Of a stretch of DNA of 64,000 nucleotides, positions 47,244 to 57,032 are shown piece by piece (position 1 is the stretch's first letter; every line of letters begins with the position of its first letter). Below the pieces are notes generated by a model. That model worked only from the letters and a program-made list of their open reading frames with translations. It searched no databases and was not told the origin of the DNA. Origin of the DNA: Candidatus Micrarchaeia archaeon (GTDB taxonomy: Archaea; Micrarchaeota; Micrarchaeia; Burarchaeales; Fermentimicrarchaeaceae); assembly GCA_038871515.1 (NCBI GenBank), contig JAVZHX010000001.1, positions 352,001 to 416,000 of the forward strand. The letters run 5' to 3'. Made by a program: the position numbers and the translations under genes.

Positions 47244-48034
47244 AAATAGATGAGAAAATAAGGGCGATTGAGGAGGAGATGGCGAGGACGCAGTATCATA
47301 AGGGAACGGAGCACCATTTTGGTAAATTAAAGGCAAAGCTGGCTCAGCTGAGAAAGATGGCTGCTCAGAAAAGGGGTGGTGGGAAGAGGTTTTCTGTGAG
47401 AAAAAGTGGTGATGCAACTGTTGTCTTAATTGGGAGGGCGTTTGTTGGAAAGTCAAGTTTGTTTAATAGATTAACTGGCGCAAACTCGGAGGTGGGGGAC
47501 CATCCTTACACAACGCAGAAAGTGATTCCAGGTATTATGAGTTACAATGGTGTTCAGATTCAAATTCTTGATACGCCTGCTTTGGAGCTTGCTGAAGGGG
47601 AGATACTTTCTTTTGCGTCAATAGCGGATTTGGTTGTTGTGGTGTGTGAAGCTGGAGAGGATGTGAGCGGAATTGTTGATAAATTAAAGGGCAAGCTGTT
47701 GGTTGTTGTTAATAAATGCGATGTGAAAGAAGCTGAAGGTTTGTGCGTTTCTGCTTTAACGGGGGAGGGAGTGGAGAAGCTGAGGGAGGAAATTTATAAT
47801 AAGTTGAGGTTGGTTAGGGTGTATATGAAGCCACGGGGAGGGAGGGTTGATTTCAGCAGGCCGCTTGTTTTAAAAGAGGGTGCAACTGTCAGGGATGTTT
47901 GGGAGAAGCTGAGGTTGAAGGGGGAGATGGAGCATGCAGTTGTTTGGGGGAAGTCTGCAAAGTTTCCTGGGCAGAAGGTGGGAGAGGAGCATGTTCTAAA
48001 AGATGGGGATGTGATAACAATTGCGGTGAAGTGA
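47240..48034 (+). CDS. Shortened DRG/OBG-family GTPase with a TGS domain
   Basis: TEHHFGKLKAKLA, GRAFVGKS, PYTT, NKCD, TGS motif WG.SAKFPGQKVG..H.L.DGD. Confidence 0.88.
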   Translation: MKIDEKIRAIEEEMARTQYHKGTEHHFGKLKAKLAQLRKMAAQKRGGGKRFSVRKSGDATVVLIGRAFVGKSSLFNRLTGANSEVGDHPYTTQKVIPGIMSYNGVQIQILDTPALELAEGEILSFASIADLVVVVCEAGEDVSGIVDKLKGKLLVVVNKCDVKEAEGLCVSALTGEGVEKLREEIYNKLRLVRVYMKPRGGRVDFSRPLVLKEGATVRDVWEKLRLKGEMEHAVVWGKSAKFPGQKVGEEHVLKDGDVITIAVK

Positions 48035-48456
48035 TGGTTTCGCTGAAGTATTGGGAGTGGGAGGATGCGGTGCTGAAGGAGAAGTTGAAAGCACTTTCTG
48101 TTAAAGAAATTGCAAGGGTTTATTTCAAAAATGAAACGCAAGCGTATAGATTTGCTTCTGCGCTGCTGCTTGTGAAAAGAAAAGGTGCGGTTAGGTTGAG
48201 GGAGTGCCCGGAGGAGCTGCCCGTTGCAACGTGGAAGAGGTATTTGGATTTTGGGGTGCAGGTTGGAATTCTGAAGCATGAGGATGAGGTTTATTCATTC
48301 ACAGATAGATTCACAAAACCATTGAAAAACTTTGGAGTGTATATTAGGGAGTGGGTGGAGAAAGGAAATCCAAATGAGGATTTGGGGATGATGTTTGCGC
48401 TTGCAAGAAGAGAGAAGGAGAAGAAAAGAGGGGGGAGAGCTATCTCTTCGCCATAG
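48034..48456 (+). CDS. Hypothetical winged-helix-like protein
   Basis: TGATG coupling; TWKRYLD....GIL...YS. Confidence 0.65.
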   Translation: MVSLKYWEWEDAVLKEKLKALSVKEIARVYFKNETQAYRFASALLLVKRKGAVRLRECPEELPVATWKRYLDFGVQVGILKHEDEVYSFTDRFTKPLKNFGVYIREWVEKGNPNEDLGMMFALARREKEKKRGGRAISSP

Positions 48457-49540
48457 CAGCAAGCACCCTTTCCCTTGCAATTGTCATCGCAGCATCTCTT
48501 GGTGAAATTGAATCACTCTTGGCTTTTTCAAGTATTAATTTAGTATTCCTCTTTATTTTCTCACTGATTAACTGGAAAGCCTGAGCGACGTTTCCTCCAA
48601 TGTGCTCAGTGTATGAGGAGATAACTCCACCTGCATTTGCAATTATGTCTGGAACGATGATGACTCCTCTTTCATAAAGCATTCGCTCGCTTCCGGGAGT
48701 TGCGGGTATGTTGGCTGCCTCAACAATTATTTTTGCTTTTATTATGCTCACATCTCTTTCAGTTATAACATCTGGCCTTGCTCCTGGTATCAGTATATCA
48801 ACAGGCAAGCTGAACAGCTCCTCTGTTGCAAGCTTCTTTCCAGAAGGATGCTCACAAACTGCTCCCTTCTCCTTTTTTGTTTTCATAAGCTCCTCGTAAT
48901 CAAGTCCTGCTTCATCATAGATTGCTCCCTTTGAGTCAGAAACTGCAACAATTTTTGCTCCTTTTTCTGAAAGGAATTTCATTGTGAAAGTTCCAACGTT
49001 GCCAAACCCCTCAATTGCAACAGTTGCTCCCTTTAAACTTATGCCTGCAAATTCAGCTGCAACTTCTGTTGATTCCGCAACTCCAAAACCGGTTGAGCCT
49101 GTTTCATGTGGTATTCCTCCAAGAGAAGCAGGCTTGCCTGTTGCTGCTTTTGGGTTTCCAACTCCCTCAACGAATGCTCTCATTTCCTCTGCCCCAGTAT
49201 TCATATCAGGAGCTGCGATGTATTCGTTTGGGCAGAGCGATTTCAAAGCAGCTCCAAAAGTTCGGAGCATGTATTGCCTGTCACCTTTTGGGTCTCCACG
49301 TATTCCGCTTTTCGCTCCTCCAAAAGGAAGCTCCGCAATTGCATTCTTCCACGTCATTGCCCTTGCAAGCCTTGCAACTTCCTTAACAGTTACATCTGGC
49401 GTTAACCTTATCCCTCCTTTTCCAACTCCTAAAGCAGTGTTATCTATTACAAGTATTCCCTTCATCCCTGTTTTTGGGTCGTAGGTTACAATTGTTTTCT
49501 CTGGGCCGAATTCATCAGTTATTTTATTGTTGTTCTCCAT
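48440..49540 (-). CDS. Glu/Leu/Phe/Val dehydrogenase
   Basis: GKGGIR, MTWK, GGAKSG, APDMNT, GFGNVG, EAAN, PD..ANAGGV. Confidence 0.95.
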   Translation of the reverse strand: MENNNKITDEFGPEKTIVTYDPKTGMKGILVIDNTALGVGKGGIRLTPDVTVKEVARLARAMTWKNAIAELPFGGAKSGIRGDPKGDRQYMLRTFGAALKSLCPNEYIAAPDMNTGAEEMRAFVEGVGNPKAATGKPASLGGIPHETGSTGFGVAESTEVAAEFAGISLKGATVAIEGFGNVGTFTMKFLSEKGAKIVAVSDSKGAIYDEAGLDYEELMKTKKEKGAVCEHPSGKKLATEELFSLPVDILIPGARPDVITERDVSIIKAKIIVEAANIPATPGSERMLYERGVIIVPDIIANAGGVISSYTEHIGGNVAQAFQLISEKIKRNTKLILEKAKSDSISPRDAAMTIARERVLAAMAKR

Positions 49541-49617
49541 CTGATCGCCTCGGAGAATAAGTTTAAGTTGAGAAAAGAATAAAAAGGGTGGGGAGCAATA
49601 GGATAGAAGGTGGTTTG

Positions 49618-50031
49618 GTGAAGCTTCTTGATTTGTTTGGCAAGAAGGATGTGGGAGAGGAGCTCACAAAAAAGGTTCCTTATGCGATGAAGCTGAGTTT
49701 TCATCCTTACAGGTTGAATGCAAATAAAATGGAAAGCGTGATGTTGATTATTGAGCTGAAAAATCTTAAGGAGGAGCCACTGCTCACCTCAGTTATTGTT
49801 AAACTTCCGAAAAATTTGGGGTTTGACCAGACTGCTTTATCAAGCACAAGAGAGATAAGGCTGGGGGATTTGAAGCCGGGTGAGGAGAAAGTGGTGAGAG
49901 TGGATGTGTGGGGCAACCCAAGGACGGATGCAGGAGAGTATCCAGTTGAAGTGACTGCAATCTGCCATTACAGAAATTACAGCTATGTTTTGAATGCTGA
50001 GAAAAAAGAGATAACGCTGAGGGTTGTTTAG
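49618..50031 (-). other. Strand note only: no credible coding sequence on the minus strand here; see the + strand CDS
   Basis: The minus-strand ORF 49707-49916 is an antisense shadow. Confidence 0.1.
49618..50031 (+). CDS. Hypothetical Ig-like beta-sandwich protein (paralog of 29805-30170)
   Basis: FHPYRLNA...LIIELKN..EEPL...IRLG.LKPGE; N-terminus MKLLDLFGKK. Confidence 0.72.
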   Translation: MKLLDLFGKKDVGEELTKKVPYAMKLSFHPYRLNANKMESVMLIIELKNLKEEPLLTSVIVKLPKNLGFDQTALSSTREIRLGDLKPGEEKVVRVDVWGNPRTDAGEYPVEVTAICHYRNYSYVLNAEKKEITLRVV

Positions 50032-50316
50032 TTACTTCTGCGGTGTTTTTTCCTCCTCAAGCTTCTGCATGAGTTCACTTAGCGAAGTTGCGAGCTGCAT
50101 TCCTTTTTCAGTGAGTTTTATTTTTTTCAATCTTCCCTTTGGCTCAACGGTTATAAGGTTGGATTTTTTAAGTTCTTTAAGGAGTTTTACTGTGTGAACG
50201 TATGTGGTGCTGCACGCTGAAGCCAGGTTTGATGCATACCACTCCTTTGAAGCGTCCTTGAGCTGAAGGAAGATGCAGAGTGGCTTTTTTCTGAAGATAA
50301 TTTCTTTCAATCCCAC
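50032..50316 (-). CDS. MarR-like winged-helix protein
   Basis: YASNLA...TTYVH..KLL..L....LI...KGR.K.IKLTEKG. Confidence 0.82.
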   Translation of the reverse strand: MGLKEIIFRKKPLCIFLQLKDASKEWYASNLASACSTTYVHTVKLLKELKKSNLITVEPKGRLKKIKLTEKGMQLATSLSELMQKLEEEKTPQK

Positions 50317-50398
50317 AGGTTTATTATTGAGCTCACTTCTTAAAAACGTAACCTTTTTAAATAGAAAAGTGAAAAAGTGAAACGTAAGTGGTGATTGG

Positions 50399-50689
50399 AT
50401 GACTATGAGGCTCTCTCGGTTATATGGGATGGATATATACAGCGATACTGGAAAATACCTGGGAAGGGTTATTGATTTGATACTTGATTTGGAGAAGGGG
50501 GAAGTTGTGAGGATGACTATGCAGCCCCTTATGGCGGTTAGCAGGGAGGAAGCAAGAAGAATACTGAGAGAGGCGAGTGTGCTTTATAAGAATGTTAAAT
50601 CTGTTGAGGATGTGGTTGTTGTAACGAAAGGAACTGCTGCTGAGAAGCTTGCTGAACTTCCGGAAGAGGAGATAAGGGGTTATAGGTAA
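50399..50689 (+). CDS. PRC-barrel domain protein (CdpB-like)
   Basis: LSRLYGMDIYSDTGKYLGRVIDLILD...Y.NVKSVEDVVVV. Confidence 0.85.
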   Translation: MTMRLSRLYGMDIYSDTGKYLGRVIDLILDLEKGEVVRMTMQPLMAVSREEARRILREASVLYKNVKSVEDVVVVTKGTAAEKLAELPEEEIRGYR

Positions 50690-51283
50690 TCAACCCAAGT
50701 CAGCGTGCAGTTTCTTCAATTCCTCCTCACTTTTCTTATATCTCAGCATGAGCTCGTCTATTATTGAGTCTAGGAAAATCATTGTGGAGAGCTCAAAAAG
50801 AGTTCCAAGGGGAGTGAGTGGTTCGTGTTCCCCGCTGAGCTGCCTTGCCTCATAATCCCTTTTTGCTTCCTCTGGGCGCCTTCCTTTTATCTGAACGACA
50901 ACGTCTGAAAGTTTTCCAATTTCTGAGTTTGGGTCAGAGGTTATGCTGACAACCTTCACTCCTTTCTCCTTTGCAACTTTTGCTGCAACGACAACTGAAA
51001 TTGTTCTGCCAGAGCCTGAAACGAGGATGAGTAAATCGTCTTTTGAGAGCGCAGGGGTGATAACCTCGCCGAGAACGTAAACTGTGAAGCCTAGGTGCAT
51101 CAGCCGCATGCCGAATGCTTTTGCAACAAGCCCACTTCTTCCAGCCCCTCCAATAAATATTCTTTTTGCGTTTATTATTGAGTCAATGAACTGATCTATG
51201 CTTTTTCTGTCAATTTCCTTCAGCTGCTCTGCTATTTTTTGGGTGAGCTTTTCCATTCTTTTCTGTATCATTTTATCACTCAA
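50690..51283 (-). CDS. hxlB: 6-phospho-3-hexuloisomerase (SIS fold)
   Basis: GAGRSGLV.KAF.MRLMHLG, SGSG.T, PLGTLFE, HA.L. Confidence 0.92.
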   Translation of the reverse strand: MSDKMIQKRMEKLTQKIAEQLKEIDRKSIDQFIDSIINAKRIFIGGAGRSGLVAKAFGMRLMHLGFTVYVLGEVITPALSKDDLLILVSGSGRTISVVVAAKVAKEKGVKVVSITSDPNSEIGKLSDVVVQIKGRRPEEAKRDYEARQLSGEHEPLTPLGTLFELSTMIFLDSIIDELMLRYKKSEEELKKLHADLG

Positions 51284-51358
51284 TTAGTTTTTGTTGGATG
51301 TGTTTATTAACCCATGCGAAGCGCATTGGATATTTATATTTTCTGTCTAATTAATATT

Positions 51359-52216
51359 ATGGAAAAATATCTTCTCGTAAGCCCAAACTGCGCTGATTTA
51401 TGTGCGCCGAATTTTGAAATAAAAAAGTTCCCTGATGGAGAGAATTATATTCGCATTCCAGAGGTTGAGAGGCTTGAGGGGAAGGATGTTGTGATTCTGC
51501 ATAGGTGCTATCCTGAGCAGGATTCGCGTTTGTTTCAGCTCTTCCATATTTTGGAAGTAGTAACCCCTTTGGCTGCGCGCGTAACAGCAATAGTTCCATA
51601 TCTTCCATATGCGAGGAAGGATGAGAAAGCTCAAAAAGGTGAGGTGAAGTCTGCAAGGTTGTTGTGCAAAATGCTTGCAGATGCAGGTGTTGATGAGCTG
51701 GTTACGTTTGACTGCCATTTCATACAGGAAGGGGAAGGGAGAATTAACTACGCTGGGTTGGATATAGATAACCGCTCGCTTGCTCCTGAGCTGCTTGAGT
51801 ATCTGAAGCCAAAGGTGAGAAATCCTGTTTTCATATCTCCTGATGTGGGAACTGCGTATATGGTGAAAAAAGTGGGCGGGGTGAGTATGGAGAAGAAGCT
51901 AGGTGACTACGTGCAAGGGCCAGTTATATTCAGGCAGATAATTGAGGAGAAGCTGGATTTTGATGTGAGCGGGAGGGATGTGGTATTGATAGATGATATG
52001 ATAATTGCTGGGGAGACAATGATAAGGGCGGCACAGGTTTGTAAGAAAGGGGGTGCGAAGAGAATTGTGTGCGCTGCTGTTCATGGGTTGCTTGTGAGCT
52101 GCGCGTTTGACAAGATACGGGCTGCGGGAGCGAAGGAAGTTGTTGTCAGCGACAGCATACCTGGGCCTGCGGCAGTTGTGAGCGTTAAGAGAAAGCTGAC
52201 TGATTATTTACCTTAA
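51359..52216 (+). CDS. prs: Ribose-phosphate pyrophosphokinase, paralog 1
   Basis: FPDGE, PYLPYARKD, SPD.G, DDMII.G.T, HG. Confidence 0.88.
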   Translation: MEKYLLVSPNCADLCAPNFEIKKFPDGENYIRIPEVERLEGKDVVILHRCYPEQDSRLFQLFHILEVVTPLAARVTAIVPYLPYARKDEKAQKGEVKSARLLCKMLADAGVDELVTFDCHFIQEGEGRINYAGLDIDNRSLAPELLEYLKPKVRNPVFISPDVGTAYMVKKVGGVSMEKKLGDYVQGPVIFRQIIEEKLDFDVSGRDVVLIDDMIIAGETMIRAAQVCKKGGAKRIVCAAVHGLLVSCAFDKIRAAGAKEVVVSDSIPGPAAVVSVKRKLTDYLP

Positions 52217-52256
52217 TATATTTTTTCATTCCAATTAGTTATGTTGAAGTGGGAGG

Positions 52257-52892
52257 ATGGCTGAGGTTATACCTGCAATATTAGTGAAAAGCAGAGAGGA
52301 GTTGCTGGAGCATATAGAGAGGGTTAGGGGAAGTGTTTCAAAGGTGCATATAGATATGATGGATAATGAGTTTGTCCCAAATAAAACGATTGGGTTGGAA
52401 AGCATTGAGGAGTTGCCAAATGGTTTGTCATATGAGTTTCACTGGATGGTGAAAAACCCTGAGAGGTGGGTTGAAAAAGTGAGAGGGAAACACCTTCATC
52501 TGATTCATGTGGAAACAATAAACAAAAGGAGTTGGGAGGAGTTGAAGGAAATATGCGAAAAGGAAGGTTGCGAACTTGGGCTGGTGCTGAATCCAGAAAC
52601 AGGAGTGGAGAAGCTTGAGCAGTATGTAAAGGATGTTTCGCGCGTGCTTGTTATGGCAGTTCATCCTGGTTTTTATGGGCAGAAGTACATGCCAGAAGTT
52701 GAGGAGAAAATTCGTGCGCTCCGGGAGAGGTTTCCTGAGCTGGAAATAGAGGTGGATGGGGGAGTGAACCCAGAAACTGCAAGAAGGGCTTGCGGGGCTG
52801 GCGCAAACGTGCTTGCAGCTGCAAGCGCGGTGTATTCAGCGAAGAACCCAGGAGAAGCAATTGAAAAAATAAGGGCTGCGGGTGGTGAGTGA
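52257..52892 (+). CDS. rpe: Ribulose-phosphate 3-epimerase
   Basis: HIDMMD..FVPN, H.MV, M.V.PGF.GQ, VDGGVN. Confidence 0.93.
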   Translation: MAEVIPAILVKSREELLEHIERVRGSVSKVHIDMMDNEFVPNKTIGLESIEELPNGLSYEFHWMVKNPERWVEKVRGKHLHLIHVETINKRSWEELKEICEKEGCELGLVLNPETGVEKLEQYVKDVSRVLVMAVHPGFYGQKYMPEVEEKIRALRERFPELEIEVDGGVNPETARRACGAGANVLAAASAVYSAKNPGEAIEKIRAAGGE

Positions 52893-53800
52893 TGGTTGAG
52901 GATGCGGGAAAGCAGATGCTTCTTGAAGCTGCTCCGCCAGAGGTTGGGATGAAAAAGGTAACGGATTTGAGAAAGCTGTATTTGATTGCGAATAATATAA
53001 GAAAGGATGTTGTGAGAATGCTGCATGAAGCTAAATCTGGGCATCCTGCTGGTGCGATTGGGCTTGCGGACGTGTTCGCTGCGCTTTATTTCAACGTGCT
53101 AAACCATGATCCTAAAAATCCGGAGTGGCCAGGGAGGGATAGGCTTGTTCTCTCAAACGGGCATGTATGCCCTGTGATGTATGCAGCAATGGCAGAAGCT
53201 GGTTACTTTCCAAAGGAGGAGCTTATGACGCTGAGGAAGCTTGGCTCAAGGTTGCAGGGGCATCCACACAGAGGTTCGTTGCCTGGAGTTGAGAATAGTT
53301 CGGGTCCGCTTGGGCAGGGTTTGTCAATAGCTGTTGGGATGGCGATTGTTGCGAAGAGGGAGAGGAAGAGCTGGAGGGTTTACTGTGTTTGTTCTGATGG
53401 GGAGCAGGATGAGGGGCAGACGTGGGAGGCTGTTCTTCTTGCAGCAAAGTACAAGCTTGGGAATTTGACTGTGATAATGGATAGGAATAATATTCAGATT
53501 GATGGGTTCACTGAGGAGGTTCTTCCTCTTGAGCCGCTTGCTGAAAAATATAGGGCGTTCAACTGGCATGTGATAGAGGTTGATGGGCATAATATAAGGC
53601 AGATTATTGATGCGTGCAACGAGGCGAAGAGGGTGATTGACAGACCAACGATGATAATTGCGCATACAATTCCTGGCAAGGATGTTTCGTTTATGGAGTT
53701 TGTTGCCGATTGGCATGGGAAGCCTCCTGGGGATAAGGAAGCTACAACTGCGCTTGGTGATTTGGAGGAGGAGGGGAGGTTCTACGGGGGAGAGGAATGA
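52892..53800 (+). CDS. Transketolase, N-terminal subunit
   Basis: SGHP, DR.VLS.GH, LQGHP, GPLGQG, DGE..EGQ.WEA, WHG. Confidence 0.95.
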   Translation: MVEDAGKQMLLEAAPPEVGMKKVTDLRKLYLIANNIRKDVVRMLHEAKSGHPAGAIGLADVFAALYFNVLNHDPKNPEWPGRDRLVLSNGHVCPVMYAAMAEAGYFPKEELMTLRKLGSRLQGHPHRGSLPGVENSSGPLGQGLSIAVGMAIVAKRERKSWRVYCVCSDGEQDEGQTWEAVLLAAKYKLGNLTVIMDRNNIQIDGFTEEVLPLEPLAEKYRAFNWHVIEVDGHNIRQIIDACNEAKRVIDRPTMIIAHTIPGKDVSFMEFVADWHGKPPGDKEATTALGDLEEEGRFYGGEE

Positions 53801-54792
53801 GTTCAAAAATAAATAAAGAGATGGCGTTGATAGAGCCGATAGATGCGCCACAAGCGAAAAAAACAAGCAGGGAGGGGTTTGGGAAGGCGCTTGTTGAGCT
53901 GGGGATGGAAAACCCGAATGTTTGGGTGGTAACTGCAGACGTTTCAGAGAGCACAATGGCGCATTGGTTTGAGGAGAAGTTTCCAGAGAGGTTTGTTCAG
54001 GTTGGGGTTGCCGAGCAGAACCTTGCGGGAGTGGCTGCGGGAATTGCTTCTTGTGGGAAGGTTGTTTTCATCTCTGCTTACGGTGTTTTCTCTCCTGGGA
54101 GAAACTGGGATCAGGTGAGGGTGGCGATATGTTATAATGATGTGCCCGTGAAGCTTCATGGCTCACATACTGGGGTGACTGTTGGGCCGGATGGAGCATC
54201 TCACCAGGCGCTTGAGGATATTGCGATTACGAGGGTTCTTCCAAATATGACTGTGGTTGTGCCGGCTGATGCGGAGGAGGCGAGGAAAGCAACAATTGAG
54301 GTTGCGAAGTTGAAGGGTGCTGCGTATATAAGGACGTGCAGGGAGAAGATGCCTGTTTTCACAACTGCGGCAACACCGTTCAAAATAGGAAAGGCGAATG
54401 TTTACAGATTTGGTGATGATGTTGCAATTTTTGCGTGCGGTCCTGTTGTTTATGAATCCATCCTTGCAGCTGAGAAGCTTGAGAGGGAGGGAATTTCGTG
54501 CGCTGTTGTTGACTGCCACACAGTGAAACCAATCGATGTTGAAGCTGTAGAGTATTGGGCTGGGAAAACGAAGTTTATTGTGAGTGTTGAGGAGCATCAG
54601 GTGAGCGGTGGATTGGGGGGAGCAATTGCAGAAGTTTTGAGCGAGTTCAAGGGTGAGTGTGCGCTCAAGCGCCATGGAATAAGGGATACTTTCTGCGAGT
54701 CAGGCACTGCATTGGAGTTATTGAAAAAGTATGGGTTGGATGCTGATGGAATAGCGCAGTTTGTGCGCGAGAGTTATGAGGTGAGAGAATGA
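53797..54792 (+). CDS. Transketolase, C-terminal subunit
   Basis: [17 protein letters not shown]...GGLG. Confidence 0.95.
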   Translation: MSSKINKEMALIEPIDAPQAKKTSREGFGKALVELGMENPNVWVVTADVSESTMAHWFEEKFPERFVQVGVAEQNLAGVAAGIASCGKVVFISAYGVFSPGRNWDQVRVAICYNDVPVKLHGSHTGVTVGPDGASHQALEDIAITRVLPNMTVVVPADAEEARKATIEVAKLKGAAYIRTCREKMPVFTTAATPFKIGKANVYRFGDDVAIFACGPVVYESILAAEKLEREGISCAVVDCHTVKPIDVEAVEYWAGKTKFIVSVEEHQVSGGLGGAIAEVLSEFKGECALKRHGIRDTFCESGTALELLKKYGLDADGIAQFVRESYEVRE

Positions 54793-55436
54793 AATTCTTT
54801 CTTGATACGGCAAATGTTGAGCAGATAAAAAGAGGGGTGGAAGCGGGTGTTGTTGATGGGGTTACAACAAACCCAACGCTGATTGCAAAGGAGGGGAGAA
54901 GCCAGAAAGAGTTGATAAAGGAGATAGCTGCAATTGTGAAAGGTCCTATCTCTGTTGAGGGGAATGGGGTTACTTGCGAGGAGCTTGTGAGGGAAGCGGA
55001 AGTTTATGCGAAGTGGGCGCCAAACATAGTTGTGAAAATTCCTATGACTGAGGAGGGAATTAAAGCGGTGAGAATTCTTGAGAAGAAGGGAATAAGGACG
55101 AATGTGACGCTTGTTTTCAGCGCAAGCCAGGCGCTGATTGCCGCAAAGGCAGGCGCAAGCTTTGTCTCTCCTTTCATAGGGAGGTTGGATGATAATTCAA
55201 TGAATGGAATGGAGTTGGTGAGAGAGATAATGCAGATTTATAGGAATTATGGGTTTAAGACAGAGGTGATAGTTGCAAGCATACGCCATCCCCTTCATGT
55301 GGTTGAGGCAGCAAAAGCAGGTGCGCCAATTGCAACGATACCACCAGATGTGCTGGCTAAAATGTGGAATCATCCTTTAACTGATGTTGGAATAAAGAAG
55401 TTCAGGGAGGATTTTGCTAAAACAGAAAAGAAATAG
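54789..55436 (+). CDS. tal: Transaldolase (MipB/TalC subfamily)
   Basis: FFLDTA, GVTTNP, VVKIP, SPFIGR (Phe is typical of transaldolase rather than FSA). Confidence 0.92.
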   Translation: MKFFLDTANVEQIKRGVEAGVVDGVTTNPTLIAKEGRSQKELIKEIAAIVKGPISVEGNGVTCEELVREAEVYAKWAPNIVVKIPMTEEGIKAVRILEKKGIRTNVTLVFSASQALIAAKAGASFVSPFIGRLDDNSMNGMELVREIMQIYRNYGFKTEVIVASIRHPLHVVEAAKAGAPIATIPPDVLAKMWNHPLTDVGIKKFREDFAKTEKK

Positions 55437-56297
55437 TTAAAGAAACTTCTTTATTGATTCTGTTATATCTATTTTTGAAACTGATGTTGGTATTGAGTTG
55501 CTCACAATAATTTCCTTTGCGCCAGCTTCTTTTAATTTTCTCAGCGAGTCGCTTAAAAATAAACCGTGGGAAGCACCGCAGCGAATTGATTTTGCTCCAA
55601 GTTTTTTGCATGCTTCAACTGCTTTCAGCATGGTGCTTCCAGTGCTTATCATATCATCAACAATCACAACGTCTCTTCCTCTTACGTTTAAAGTGAATTC
55701 AACTTCTGGTTTTCTGTAGATTGTGCTTCCTCCACTGTAAGCTCCTCTTCTCTTTTTCATCACTCCTGCATCCTTCTCCTTTGCAACGAGGTAGGATGCG
55801 CCCTCGTCTGGCGAGATTATTTTTGGTGAGTGAAGTTTGTTTTTGAAGTAGGAGAGAATTTGTTTTGAGAGGGAGAGGTTGTTTATTCTCAAACCACCGT
55901 AGTTGAAAACTCCTTGTTTTTTCAGAAAGTGGCAGTCAAAAGTTATCAGCTCGTCGCATCCGCTTGCTTTTATCAGACTGCAAACTATTTCTGAGCTCAA
56001 AGCTTCTCCCTTCATAAAAAGCTTATCCTGTCTTGCGTATGGAAGGTATGGGATGACTGCTTGCACGCGGGAGGCGCCCATTGTTTTTAGAGTTTTCAGT
56101 ATAAGGAGAAGTTGAATGAGGGATTTATCCTGCTCTGGGTAGCATCTGTGGAAAAGAAGTATCTGTTTTCCATCAACTTCTTCAGGTATTCTCACGTAAT
56201 TCTCGCCGTCAGGAAACTGCTTGATTATAATTTTTTGTGGGGAGGGGAGCTTCTTTGCAAAGTCGTAAGAATTAGGGGTGAGGAGAATTTGCTTCAT
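55437..56297 (-). CDS. prs: Ribose-phosphate pyrophosphokinase, paralog 2
   Basis: FPDGE, PYLPYARQD, SPDEGA, DDMISTGST. Confidence 0.9.
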   Translation of the reverse strand: MKQILLTPNSYDFAKKLPSPQKIIIKQFPDGENYVRIPEEVDGKQILLFHRCYPEQDKSLIQLLLILKTLKTMGASRVQAVIPYLPYARQDKLFMKGEALSSEIVCSLIKASGCDELITFDCHFLKKQGVFNYGGLRINNLSLSKQILSYFKNKLHSPKIISPDEGASYLVAKEKDAGVMKKRRGAYSGGSTIYRKPEVEFTLNVRGRDVVIVDDMISTGSTMLKAVEACKKLGAKSIRCGASHGLFLSDSLRKLKEAGAKEIIVSNSIPTSVSKIDITESIKKFL

Positions 56298-56327
56298 AGT
56301 TATACTCACTTTGTTTTAAATAATATT

Positions 56328-56549
56328 TCATTCGCCTGTTGCTGTCTCGCCAACAAGCTCGTCCCACTCAACCTTTTTTATAACAACTGTTTTCTTCTTT
56401 GGGTCGAGTTTTATAACAACTGCATCCTTCTCATTAAGTGGAAAATTCGGGTTTTTGATTACTTCTGTTGGAAAGTAGATGTGAAGCCCGCTTCCCTGCC
56501 TTCTCACCTTGCTGAGGAAATGCTCTTCCTTCTCCACTGCTACCACCAA
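56328..56549 (-). CDS. AbrB/MazE-like DNA-binding protein
   Basis: SKVRRQGSG.HIYFP.EVIK.PNFP......VIKLD. Confidence 0.72.
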   Translation of the reverse strand: MVVAVEKEEHFLSKVRRQGSGLHIYFPTEVIKNPNFPLNEKDAVVIKLDPKKKTVVIKKVEWDELVGETATGE

Positions 56550-56585
56550 TCTAATTTGGGAGTGGTGTTATATAAAGCTTCGTTT

Positions 56586-57032
56586 CTAAAGCAAAAGCTC
56601 TCTTGCCTCAAACGCCATTTCGCAGAAGAAGCAACGGTATTTTGTTTCCGCGTGGTTTTCCATTTTGAAAATTGTTTCAATGGGTTCAAAGTTAGTTATG
56701 CATTGTGGGTTGGGGCATTTGGAAACTCCGTGAAGCTCCTTTGGAAGCTGAACAATTTTCTTCTCAACAACTTCTGAGTTTTTTATTATATTGAGAGTTG
56801 CATTTGGCGCGATTAAAGCTATTTTATTGACTGCTTTGTCATCAAGTGTTTTCCCTTCAACCTTCACTATGTCTTTCTTTCCAATTTTTTTGCTTGGGAC
56901 GTTCATCATAAGAGCAACGCGTGCTCCGTAGTTTCTGTCAATTTTCAGTATTTCCAGAACTTTTAAGCCCAATCCTGCGGGTATGTGGTCAATCACAGTT
57001 CCATTCTCAAGTTTTTCAACTACAAGAGGCAT
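56586..57032 (-). CDS. pyrI: Aspartate carbamoyltransferase, regulatory chain
   Basis: GTVIDHI, KKDIVK, CPNPQCIT, CFFCE. Confidence 0.96.
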   Translation of the reverse strand: MPLVVEKLENGTVIDHIPAGLGLKVLEILKIDRNYGARVALMMNVPSKKIGKKDIVKVEGKTLDDKAVNKIALIAPNATLNIIKNSEVVEKKIVQLPKELHGVSKCPNPQCITNFEPIETIFKMENHAETKYRCFFCEMAFEARELLL

